A stretch of DNA of 64,000 nucleotides from Naegleria gruberi (Eukaryota): the NCBI GenBank assembly GCA_000004985.1, contig GG738851.1; one strand, given 5' to 3'. Below are positions 1 to 10,626 of this stretch, one piece after another. The notes under the pieces were generated by a model. It searched no databases, was not told the DNA's origin, and saw only the letters and a list, made by a program, of their open reading frames with translations. A program made the translations under genes and the position numbers. How positions within the stretch are numbered: the stretch's first letter is position 1; the number at the start of each line of letters is the position of its first letter.

Positions 1-1522
1 GTCGACACCTTAAATGCCAAAGTTAGAAGTGCGAATCCATCTATTGGAGGATACATTCTAGTTCTAGAAGATAGTGGTGTGATTGTAGCTCACTCATTTG
101 CCAATCTCACAGCCAACATGGAGAAACCATGTTATTTGGGAGGAAATCTATTGGTTCAAACTTTGTGTTCATATTTATTACCTGATCAGAATAGCTCTTC
201 AATATCTGATCGATTTGGAAATACTCCCTCGAGTAAGTTTAGTTTGGAAGGGTTTTCTGTCCAGAGAAAGGAGCTCAAATTTCCAGGTATTACATGGCAT
301 GTCTTGATTGCAATTCCAGATGAGGAAATATTGGGAGACATTCTGATTCAATCGTATAATACTGTGTGGATTTCTGCTCTTGTTCTGGTTGCAGCAATAA
401 TATTCTCTGTCATTACAACATTTTCACTGTTCAGAACTTTATCCATGTTGGCTCGTTGCTTTACAGATATTCAAAATTTGGATTTGGATGCACCAACCAT
501 TGTCAAAGCAACATCAATTCTAACTGCAGTCTATGAATTACGTGAGCTCCAAAACAATTTTAAGAGCATGATTGTCACATTGAAATCCATTAGAAAGTTT
601 GTCCCAGTTCAAATTATTAGGAAAATTCTAATAACTGGGAGGGAGGCATCTCTAGGTATTGAGGATGCTGATGCAACCATTTTCTTTTTGGATATTGCTG
701 GGTTTACCACCATGTCAGAAAAGATGGAGCCGAAAGCTCTGGTCGATTTGGCATCCAGTGTATTCGAAAGTTGTTCTCAATCTATTAACAAGCACAATGG
801 TGTCATTGACAAATTCATTGGTGATGCTGTCATGGCACTGTGGAATGTTCCGACAAGAACCAAAGACCACGAATATCATGCCCTCCAATCAGCCATTGAA
901 ATTCAATTGGAAATGGAAATGAAAAATGTACCAGTTCGTATTGGAATACATTCAGGAAGAGTAAAGGCTGGAAATATTGGAAGTGTGGATCGATTCAGTT
1001 TTAGTGTTTTGGGAGATTGTCCTAACGTTGCTTCCAGATTTGAGGGCGCCAACAAGGTTCGTAAATATATAATTATATTTTGCATTACTAATAATAATGT
1101 CGTAGGTCTACATGAGTAAGATCATATGTGGATCAAGTACAATAGAAGTTGCATTGCTGAGCGAGGAAAGATTAGCCATCAAGGATCCATCCTTGAAGAG
1201 AATTGTAAATAGAAGACTCGACAAGTTGAAACTCATTGGAAAGGAACATCCAGTTCTTGCCTATCAGATATTCTTGAGTGAAAATCCCAAACATACCAAT
1301 GGATTGGATAGCAGAGATTTGAAAATGTATGAGAAGGGATATGACTATCTCGTTGAAAAGCAATATAAGGAAGCTCTTTCAATATTCTATACTTTGGGAG
1401 ACAAGGCACCGAATGATATGGTCATTAGAAGAAAGATTAATCTGTGCAGATCTCTTGTTGAAAATGCTGGTATTGTTGATGGAAAGAAATTTGAAGGATT
1501 TGTTGAAATTACTGGCAAGTAA
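1..1522 (+). CDS. Receptor-type class III adenylate/guanylate cyclase, 5'-truncated at the window edge: extracellular sensor region, one TM helix, cyclase catalytic domain, one short intron
   Basis: Frame 1 is open from nt 1, so the listed ORF 79..1119 is only the in-window part. The TM segment is TVWISALVLVAAIIFSVITTF. Catalytic motifs read FFLDIAGFT ... GDAVMALW ... IGIHSGRVKAGNIGS ... GDCPNVASRFE. The ORF breaks after ...ASRFEGANK and resumes in ORF 1112..1522 (...LLSEERL...). An intron is required, and two GT..AG solutions both keep frame: 1057..1105 (GTTCGT..GTAG, 49 nt) or 1061..1145 (GTAAAT..ATAG, 85 nt). Stop is at 1520-1522. Confidence 0.7.
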
Positions 1523-1955
1523 TATTGAGTTCCTTATTAATTGGAACTTTTGGAAACTTAGATTGCCAATATTTGAATAGGAGAAATATGATGCTGCTTT
1601 AACAATAATGATTGGATTCAATGAGGAGCACCGAGTACAAACTTTGCTGATGTGTTTCCACACCATAAACACGTACAACAAAATCGATCGTTAATTTTTT
1701 GTTTGAGAACTTTATTTTTGGATGTGTGCACTTGGCATCAACAACGCTTGCTGACGTCAAAAAAATTCATGGTGACAAAGCATCCTAAACAAAACCCAAG
1801 CAAAAACGCTGGATGAAGTGATAATCGGTTATTGAGAGAACTAAGGAGTATTATTTGCATACTATTATAAATTGAAAAAAGTGAAAAGACATCACTGAAC
1901 ACAACAATAGTATTCATAAAACACAACTAGAATAACAACAATAATCTGAAACAAG

Positions 1956-2555
1956 ATGAATCATTCCAAACTCATTCCTCTACATCTAGTACTAATTCTC
2001 TCAACAGCCATTATCATAACAGCTCGGCCAAATATCCTACAATATGAAAGGATTAGAAAATACCGATATTCAGTTGGAGAAGGAACAACAAGTAAATCTT
2101 CCCAAGAGCCACTAATACATTCATCAGCTACCTATAAAACCACCACATCATTATATACTACTACTACTACCACTATAACAGAAGCAGGTAATGATCATCA
2201 CAATCAAGAACGACTCTACAAAAGTAACAGCATTGTTGGAGGAAGCGCCTCACCAAGTATTAACCATATTTCCTATGATGACTTTATCAACTTGACTTGC
2301 CAAGAAGAACATGAAGAGAATCATGGTCCGTCTACTACCACCACAAATAGCTGTTATCTTCATGATGATGATTCATCGAGTAATGCATCAACTTCATCAT
2401 CACAGAGCCATAATAATCATGACAATCATACCAATACAAACAAATTGCACCGAACCTTTCTCAGAATACCTACAACCATCAGTGCATCTAAAGTAATTCT
2501 AGAATCTGAGGAATTGAATGAGGACCATCTCTTTGAGTCATACATATACTCGTAA
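1956..2555 (+). CDS. Ser/Thr-rich (mucin-like) protein with an N-terminal hydrophobic signal/anchor
   Basis: ORF of 199 aa. Hydrophobic N-terminus LIPLHLVLILSTAIIITA, a poly-Thr tract TTTSLYTTTTTTIT, Ser-rich tail. No recognisable domain. Confidence 0.4.
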   Translation: MNHSKLIPLHLVLILSTAIIITARPNILQYERIRKYRYSVGEGTTSKSSQEPLIHSSATYKTTTSLYTTTTTTITEAGNDHHNQERLYKSNSIVGGSASPSINHISYDDFINLTCQEEHEENHGPSTTTTNSCYLHDDDSSSNASTSSSQSHNNHDNHTNTNKLHRTFLRIPTTISASKVILESEELNEDHLFESYIYS

Positions 2556-2660
2556 CAATAAATTATAATATACATTTATATGTACAGAGTGGAATGTACA
2601 AGTATCAAAGTGCTATACAGAATAGTTACGCTCATTAAAGTGTTGATACTCCTGCAAACT

Positions 2661-3242
2661 CTAAAAATTACGTGATCTTGCTTGAAGTCTACCCATTTGA
2701 ACAATCGAGTCAATCGATTGTCTAATGTAGTTAGTGAACAGAGCAGGCTCAGTGTACCTATCTCTTACTATACAGTGCATTATAATTACAAAACAATTAA
2801 CAACGTCTTCATCACTCAACAAATCAACCTTGTCAGCCTTTGAAAAGCGAGTTGAATCTTCAGCCCCACTCATCTCTGCTGATGATGTATTGTAGCTTGC
2901 TGGAACGTTTTGTTTCCAACTACTAAAGAATGACATGAAACCATAAAGTATTTCCATAGGATTTACGGTAACAACTTTTGGTTCGTCTTGTTGATTTTGT
3001 TGTTGTTGTTCAATAAAAGTCATGATGATACGTTGTACTTGCTCTGGTGCATAAACCTTTGTCTTTCCCATTGGTTGTTGCTGTTGAGGAGATGAAAAAA
3101 AACCGGTTTGGACGTAGGGTGGCGGTTCAGGTGGTTGAATAGCTTTGGTGAGGCTCATTTTTTTCTTGAGTTGTTTTTCAAAATTTAATTGATTGGCAGC
3201 TTTAAAAATATCTCCCAACAGCCAAGCAACTTTAATGCGCAA
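2661..3242 (-). CDS. Hypothetical Q-rich protein. This is probably the 3' exon of a longer gene whose true 5' end is uncertain
   Basis: 193-aa ORF beginning at an alternative TTG. The frame stays open upstream of the called start. A possible acidic 5' exon lies at ~3632..3718 (-), reading MENKHNDESEGEEEPLTQEQLDRFKNK. Confidence 0.35.
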   Translation of the reverse strand: MRIKVAWLLGDIFKAANQLNFEKQLKKKMSLTKAIQPPEPPPYVQTGFFSSPQQQQPMGKTKVYAPEQVQRIIMTFIEQQQQNQQDEPKVVTVNPMEILYGFMSFFSSWKQNVPASYNTSSAEMSGAEDSTRFSKADKVDLLSDEDVVNCFVIIMHCIVRDRYTEPALFTNYIRQSIDSIVQMGRLQARSRNF

Positions 3243-4288
3243 TAGGCTGTTTGAAAATGAAACGGCAAAAACAAATCTACAAAATATATTTTGGAACCAT
3301 TGAAAATGACCTTAATAAGGTTCTCCCTTCGAAGGTTGAGCGTATTGTGGATAATAAAGCGCTTCATTGGAGGGCAGTGGACAACAAAATACAGTTTCTT
3401 TATCCTGATTGTAAAGTTACTTGGTTTTCTGTTTGAACTTGAGAATATTGTTAGATGCTAAATGAACTTGGGTTTCAATTTTTGATTTTTAATTGACAAG
3501 AACAAACGAATACAATGCACATTACACAACACTTGTTGATTTTCAACTTTAGTCATCCTTTCCTTATCAAATCCACACATTTAATATTGTTCATATTCTC
3601 AATGTTGACTGAGTGATTTTAATTCCGTTGGTTAATACTTATTTTTAAAACGGTCCAATTGTTCTTGGGTTAGTGGTTCTTCTTCCCCTTCGCTCTCGTC
3701 ATTGTGTTTGTTTTCCATCTCCTTTTTCTTGATTTCAAAATTTCATTAATACGCTGTTGGATTGTACAGGTAAGCAAGGAGAGGATTCTCTGTTTCAAAT
3801 CCTAGATATGATCTTTCAAAAGTTCAAAATCAATTACTTCAACATCCACATCGATTCACATTCACATAATATTTAATATGTTTATTACTGGTTTGGCAAG
3901 ATTGATTGCTTTTGATAATTCAGGATTCATTTCATCTGTTGATGATACGAAGAATCTTGAAGAACAACTCTCTAAATCAAAATCTTCCATCCATTCCATC
4001 TGATTCTAAACTCTCCAAGAAGATTCATTCTTGACAATGGATCCTGACCTCCCATGTTTTCAATCAAAGGAAGAAACTGATCTATTGTATTACCTTACTA
4101 TCCCAGCTTCCTTGGATCAAATGTCTTCCTTTCGGAGTTCCACATTTTGTTGTAACATGTCTAGAACTTACTTTATTGAGATCTTCCAGTTAGGAAAATT
4201 ACTTAACCATGTTCTTATTGTGTTCAGCGGTGTGTGTAGTAAGTTTTAACAAACTGTTTCAATAATCAAATGGAGATATCTTAAAAAA

Positions 4289-6515
4289 ATGAGGTATTGG
4301 AATAGTTTACTGTTAGTGCCAAGCTTACTCTGGTTTCTTCACATGTGTGCATCACATATACACGCACAAATTCCAACAAACATTGCAATAGTTGGAGGAA
4401 ACATACCTTGTAAGTGTCATAAACACATCTATTTTACCATGTTAATTTCCATTTCGTACAGCTGCCTCTGGTTACAATTTAGTTTTTATTGATGCGTTTA
4501 GATCTACAAGAAAAGTAAGTTATCATTATGCATGCAATTATTAATCACAAAATCAATAGTATGGTTTAGCAAAAACTCCATGGGTTGCTCTTTCAGACGA
4601 TCAATACACAACAGATGGATGGCCAATTGGTACATCTGCAGGAACTGTCCTTTTCACAGAGAACCCATCAGGATCTTTGAGTGGTACTTATTATTTTCAA
4701 GGTGATGGAGAATTGACATTAGGATTGATCTCTTCCCCTTATTGTTCAATTATAAACGTAACTCAGGCATTTGGAAAGACAACTGGTTACGTGGTTGTGG
4801 GAAGTAGTGCAACTATATTAATGCTAAATTTCAAACAAGCAACCAACTCAACGTTTAGAAATCTACGTTTGATTCGTCCAGGTTTTACTATTGAGGATGC
4901 AGATACACAAATATTTCATCCTGCCTTTTTAGAGACGATCAAGGATTTGAAAATTTTGAGAATGATGGATTGGTTGGGAACCAACGCAAATCCAGATACT
5001 GTTTGGGGCAATAGATCATTAGTTACTGATACAACCTAAAGTTCTTCAGGAGTTCCATATGAAATAATAATTGAGTTGGCAAATAGAACGAACAAGTCAA
5101 TTTGGGTCAATATTCCAGCTATGGTGGATGGGGATTATATAAATCAGATGGCAAAATTGTTCTATCAAAAGCTCAGTTCAACAACAGTGGTTTATATAGA
5201 ATATTCGAATGAATTATGGAATTCAGCTTTTTCTCAAGCAAAGTATAATTGGGCTGCAGCTACCAACATGGTGAATGTGTTAAACCAAACCTTCCTGAAC
5301 TATGACAATGTCAATAATGTTTACACATGGGCTTTTAGAAGAACTGGTTATATGGCTTACAGAATTTCAGAAATATTTGCTGCAGAGTTTGGGGAAAGCA
5401 AACGAAATAACCAATTCAGAGTTGTTTTAGCAGGTCAAGGAGCAAATTCATACATTGTTATGCAAGGTATTACTCTAATCAACAAGTTTTTTGGTCCTCC
5501 ATCCAAGTACTTATATGCCATTGCTTCAGCTCCATACTATATTCTTGATAATAACTATTCAGGAGTCATGAATACCAGTGATGTGCTCGATGAATTGGCC
5601 TATCAAGCAAGAATAAGTCCACAATCCTACGGTTATGCCACTTACGTTTGTTTATCTAAATTCTGGGGATTGAAACATTTTGCCTATGAAGGAGGGCCAG
5701 ATACATATGGATCGTACAATGTTGACTCAAAGAGAGCAGCTCATTTAGATCCAAGAATGAAACAAATCACAATTGACTTCCTAACTACTTGGTTTAGTTA
5801 CGGATTTGATGCATTTTTATACTATACAACAGGGTATGGGACATACAGTAGCAGTACTGGAGCTTGGGCATGGGCAGAGACTATGAATGATTCCATTCAT
5901 CCTAAGAAGGATGGTGTCATTCACATGATTAATAATCCAAATGTTCCATACAATACAAGTGTTTTTAGATACTTGGAAGGAAGTGCTTCACAAACAACAC
6001 AACTTAGTATTCCTGCCATTAAACATCAATTAGCAGGTACTACCTACACAACCACTTTTATTCCTTATTCATCTGTAGGAATTAATCAAACTCTTTACTA
6101 TCCCTTTGTTGCTGGTAAACGAGGAATCTATTCAGTTAGTGTTGAAACTCAATATGCAAAACAGGGAGGAAGTATTGGAATTTATTGGAATAATGATAAA
6201 ATGGGCTCTGTATTATGCAATTCGAAAGTATTTAACTTTTCACTTCCACTCAATACCAGTTCGGTTATTGAGAAGGGTATTTCTGTAGTAACATTATATA
6301 TAGAATCTGACAAATCTTATAGTATCAATACTGTTAATATTACACTGGTTACAGAGGTTCAAGACTCAACCCCAACAACGCCAACAACCCCAACAGTGTC
6401 TTCCTCACAACTTGGTCAAACCTCAACTGTTTCGAATAGAACTGTGGTTTCAGAAGGATCAAATAATGGTCATAATTTCCTTATTAACTTTCAAATTATA
6501 ATTGTAATATTATGA
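4289..6515 (+). CDS. Secreted TIM-barrel glycoside-hydrolase-like protein with a Thr/Pro-rich linker and a C-terminal hydrophobic (GPI-signal-like) tail. Multi-exon, with an unresolved frame discontinuity
   Basis: Exon 1 is 4289..4409 (signal peptide MRYWNSLLLVPSLLWFLHMCASHIHA). Intron 4410..4461 (GTAAGT..ACAG). Exon 2 is 4462..4514. Intron 4515..4559 (GTAAGT..ATAG). Exon 3 starts at 4560 and runs in frame with ORF 4677..5039 (...LRMMDWLGTN...). ORF 5076..6515 continues the same fold (IWVNIP, YIEYSNELWN) in a frame shifted by one. No canonical GT..AG joins them between 5000 and 5050. C-terminus is TPTTPTTPT followed by FLINFQIIIVIL. Confidence 0.45.
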
Positions 6516-6619
6516 TGTGTAGTCATTGCTAATCTAATGGTTTCTTTGTCCAATTAATTTTCTGTTCTGAACTTGCGAATATTTTTAGATGTGAACTTGG
6601 TTTACAATTTATAAAAAAA

Positions 6620-7351
6620 ATGTCACAAGAACAAGTGCAGGAGCACACAGAAGGTATTATTGTGGAGGTGGAGAATACAGAAACTCTTTATGAAAATGTT
6701 CAACTCTCTGTTGATATTGCACCATATAATCAAAGTGTTGATGTTGATATTGCTGGTGCTTGTGCAGTTTGCTCAATAACATTTGCTATTAATGCATCTC
6801 TTACCAACAATCCCGAACGGAGAGTGACTTTGGAGAGTGTTTTGGATTTGTCAATTTCGAATGAACAATTCTCAACAATAGGAAATGGAACTCATCCGAG
6901 GGCTTGTGTTGAAATTGGTAAATTATTTGGAATTGTGGAATGGGGTTATTTTGGAGAGAAAACAAATGGCTTTGAATTGATAAGAAGTCAACTCAAAAAA
7001 GGATTACCTGTTATTGTGGGAGTGAAAATGAATCTATTAACATTACCTTCTGATATTGGGCATGCAGTTGTAATTACTGGAATTGATGAGAGGAATCGGG
7101 TGACAATTGCAGATTCATTCTCTAGAATTTCTACAAGACAAGGGAAACGTAAACAATACCCATTTGGAAAACCTATTTGGGTTGCAAAACCAGGTTTTTA
7201 TGTTGCTGAGTGGCCAGAATTTGATGCCTCTTGGAATACTAAGGATGACTATATGTGTATGAGCTATGAGGGCGATCCAGCATTTGTTTCATTCAATCCA
7301 AATGAGATAGGCTATAGATTTTGGATGACTATTGATCCTAGTAATATTTGA
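6620..7351 (+). CDS. Papain-fold Cys/His peptidase-like protein (peptidase C39-like / BtrH-N-like)
   Basis: 243-aa single ORF starting with ATG. A Cys-containing motif DIAGACAVCSI is followed ~90 aa later by GHAVVITGID. This spacing resembles the C39-like Cys...His arrangement. Not verified by search. Confidence 0.4.
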   Translation: MSQEQVQEHTEGIIVEVENTETLYENVQLSVDIAPYNQSVDVDIAGACAVCSITFAINASLTNNPERRVTLESVLDLSISNEQFSTIGNGTHPRACVEIGKLFGIVEWGYFGEKTNGFELIRSQLKKGLPVIVGVKMNLLTLPSDIGHAVVITGIDERNRVTIADSFSRISTRQGKRKQYPFGKPIWVAKPGFYVAEWPEFDASWNTKDDYMCMSYEGDPAFVSFNPNEIGYRFWMTIDPSNI

Positions 7352-7352
7352 T

Positions 7353-10103
7353 TTATTTTGTTTCCAATAACCTAGGAGAGGTTATAACATTCAGATTGGA
7401 TATTTGTTTTGATTGTAATAATTTGGAGTCACTGTCTGAAAATTTTTTAAGATGATGATGAGCATCTTCTACAGAGAGGAGACGAGGAGAGACAGTGGTA
7501 ACACTGCTTCTTCTGGGTGAAGTTGGACCACCATCGGTTATTTGTGGTACTGGTAAGGTGAAATTCGAGAAACTCAAACGTTTTGGTGAGAGCTTTTCCC
7601 ACAATCCTCCAATAAAAGAGTCAGCTGTTAGTCTATTAGGTGTTCCTCCTGTTTGTGAATTTGATCGTTTTGGACAAATTAATACACTAAGTGTTGCAAA
7701 TTCCTTATCTGCCAATTCAGAAATGTTCTTCTTTTTTCCTCTTGGAGTTGTTGGCGGAGAGGTTACACTTTCAGAAGGAATGACCAAAGTAGCTTCATCG
7801 TTATGAACTGAAAGACGTGGTGTCAGAGAGGTATCAGTTCCTGAGGAGGTACTTGTGCAGCCACTGTCCATGCTTATAGATCTAGAAGGGGATTTCTCCT
7901 TCTTTTCAAATAATAATTCCAACTTGAGTAAATCAAATCCAATAATTTCTTCTTGCAACCTATTAAACAGGACTGTATCAATTGGTAGAGAAAGGTATTG
8001 ATTTGCATACGATTGGCAAGTTTCAATTTGTTGGTGAATTCTATAGATTTGTCCAAGTTTTACCATGTTGAAGAATGATTTGTCTCTGTGCTCAGTATTT
8101 TGGATTGTCGTACTGTGAATAGATTCAATTTGTGTCATTTCTGTCATGAATAGTCCAAAGTATGGTATGATTGGAGTATATCTTGTGAATTGAGCCACTC
8201 TTAGATTTTCAAACTTTTTACGAATCATGAATAAACTATCCAAAGTGGTAAGATAATCTTGATATTTTTGCTCAACCTTACTCCAGACATTTTTCAATCT
8301 ACTGACACACTGAGAAGTTAAAGATCCATAGATTGCCATTAAAGAGTTGTAGTTTCCCAGCTTTTCCAAGTGTTGACAAATATCCAAAAATTTCTCAATA
8401 CATGATGCTCTTTCCTGCAAGCTTAAATTCTTGTAAAAGATACAAAATTTTACAAAAATTCCGAGCTTGTTAAAGTAGTCAATGTAGAGTGATAGTGATG
8501 GGCATTGTGAGGTAGAATATTGTAAATCTGTTTTGTAGAGTGGTGTAGTTTGGCAATTAACATTAGCATATCTTTCCAAAGTGAGCTCCTTGTGAATATT
8601 AACATTTCTCAACAGCAGGGCATCCATAGCTGTTAAGTGTTGTGCAATAATTTCTGGGTTGGCAATACTCAACACCAGGGGAGATTTAATGAGACTAAAC
8701 TCATCAAGGTATGAAGCAATAGGTTTGATTATTGACTTGTCGAGTTCTATTTTCTTGTTTGAAGGATGATTAGGTGTTGAAGATGCCTCAAAGGAACCTT
8801 CAAAAGATTTTAAAAATTCACTCCATGATGTGAAGGTATTAGGATACGACCACGACCTAAACTCATTAGCATAATGTATGCACGAGTTTTTGAAATTTTC
8901 CTGATTAATCTTAACTCCAACCAATTCGGATAGTGTGCAATATTCATCAAAGGAATCCAAATCTCTAGAATAATATCTTAAAAAGTATTCAATAAAGGAC
9001 TTTCTAAGTTCACAATCTTCAAGGGAAAGTAATGAATTAACAAATAAATGAGTATTTGGAAAAATGTATAGATGCAAATCGAATAATACTCTTCTGATAT
9101 TATCATTTGTTTCTGATAATTTGAACAAACCAGTGAGAGTAATGGATTTCAAATGCTCTAGTTCAAAATTTGAATTTTCTACCGACACACTATCCTTCAA
9201 TATTAATTCCTTTGAAATATCACCACTTTCATGGCATGACCAATTCACACAATTTGCACTTTCCACATTTGTATTTCTAATAGAAGAAACACATTTCGGA
9301 ATATGGTGATTTCGAATATGTATCAATAATTCAGAGTTGGCAACATTTTGCTCACCCAAATAGTCATCACATCCCATTATTGTTGGCTTCTTTGAGTCTT
9401 GTTGAATCATTGAGAGAAGTAAACTAGTGCTAGGAACGGTCTGATAATTTACCAATCCACCAATATCCTCCCTATTAATCAGAGGAGATGAAGAGGGTGA
9501 CGAATTGAATTTTCTGTGATATTTTCCATTATTTTCCTGTTGTTGTTGATGTTGAGGTGTAGGAAATTGATAATTATCATGTCCTCCACCCTCCATAAAT
9601 CTCGTCGTATCAATTCTATATTGATCATCATTATCAATACTCATTACTTGTTGTGATGAAACTCTGTTTTTCAATAGTCGACCGGAATCATCTTCATTCC
9701 TTGAAAAACTCCCAGCTATACTTCCATCATTTGATTGGCCATCCATCACAGAGGAAATTCCATCTTCATCATCTCCAACACGAATAGCAATACCATCACG
9801 ATGACTATGAATCTTCTTCTTGTTATTACTTTTTCTTTTACAGTAAATTTTGATGAACACAAAAACGGCGCCAATTAAAAGCAACACCAAGAAAAAACCG
9901 CCCAAACCTGATGAGAGGGAAATGATGAGAATTTGTTCTAGGTTGTTGCCTGTTGTTGAATTGTTATTGTAAGAAGTTGTTGTATGTACAATGGCAGCAG
10001 ATGATGCTTTGATATTATTTGAATTCGGAGAGTTGGTTTCCTCCATTGAAGATAGAGAGTTGCTACTGATGAATGAATCATCACCGAAACATATTGTCAT
10101 CAT
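7353..10103 (-). CDS. RasGEF (CDC25-homology) domain protein with an N-terminal Ser/Asn-rich ectodomain and one TM helix
   Basis: 916-aa ORF. TM segment ILIISLSSGLGGFFLVLLLIGAVFVFIKIY followed by basic KRKSNNKKK. REM-like region, then a RasGEF catalytic core: YGSLTSQCVSRLKNVW, PIIPYFGLFMTEMTQIE, FFNMVKLGQIYRIHQQI. Confidence 0.7.
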   Translation of the reverse strand: MMTICFGDDSFISSNSLSSMEETNSPNSNNIKASSAAIVHTTTSYNNNSTTGNNLEQILIISLSSGLGGFFLVLLLIGAVFVFIKIYCKRKSNNKKKIHSHRDGIAIRVGDDEDGISSVMDGQSNDGSIAGSFSRNEDDSGRLLKNRVSSQQVMSIDNDDQYRIDTTRFMEGGGHDNYQFPTPQHQQQQENNGKYHRKFNSSPSSSPLINREDIGGLVNYQTVPSTSLLLSMIQQDSKKPTIMGCDDYLGEQNVANSELLIHIRNHHIPKCVSSIRNTNVESANCVNWSCHESGDISKELILKDSVSVENSNFELEHLKSITLTGLFKLSETNDNIRRVLFDLHLYIFPNTHLFVNSLLSLEDCELRKSFIEYFLRYYSRDLDSFDEYCTLSELVGVKINQENFKNSCIHYANEFRSWSYPNTFTSWSEFLKSFEGSFEASSTPNHPSNKKIELDKSIIKPIASYLDEFSLIKSPLVLSIANPEIIAQHLTAMDALLLRNVNIHKELTLERYANVNCQTTPLYKTDLQYSTSQCPSLSLYIDYFNKLGIFVKFCIFYKNLSLQERASCIEKFLDICQHLEKLGNYNSLMAIYGSLTSQCVSRLKNVWSKVEQKYQDYLTTLDSLFMIRKKFENLRVAQFTRYTPIIPYFGLFMTEMTQIESIHSTTIQNTEHRDKSFFNMVKLGQIYRIHQQIETCQSYANQYLSLPIDTVLFNRLQEEIIGFDLLKLELLFEKKEKSPSRSISMDSGCTSTSSGTDTSLTPRLSVHNDEATLVIPSESVTSPPTTPRGKKKNISELADKEFATLSVLICPKRSNSQTGGTPNRLTADSFIGGLWEKLSPKRLSFSNFTLPVPQITDGGPTSPRRSSVTTVSPRLLSVEDAHHHLKKFSDSDSKLLQSKQISNLNVITSPRLLETK

Positions 10104-10626
10104 AGATATGTTCTATGAAGTTGTTGGTGCACAATATTGCAGAATAGAGATGCTGTATTTTTCTTTGTCTCTTCAATTTTCTATCATCAATCGACTTGTC
10201 AAGATTGTTTTCTACTCAATTCCCATTCAGGACAATGTCACCTGTAGTAACTTCAGTGCATACCTTCCAAACATTTGTTTAATAACATTTAAGGAAGCTA
10301 TTGGATTTAAAAACAACATTCATTCCTTTTTGTTTCTACTAGGAGTTTGATTTATTAGAAACTATTTATCGCCAAAAGTCAACCGAATATTAAGAAATCA
10401 GGTCATTCTTTCTGCAAACAACAAGGTAATTTATCCTCCATCTTCGAGCTGTAGATAAGGACTGTTTACAGTTTAACAGTAGTGTACATGGATTAAAATC
10501 CTCAAATCGGCAAAATTCAATGAATGTTACCAGACTATATTACATCCAATTACTATCCATATAATTTACCCTATGTTGTTTCTCCAATTTGCAACAGCAA
10601 AAAAATTCAATTCACACCAATGAACC

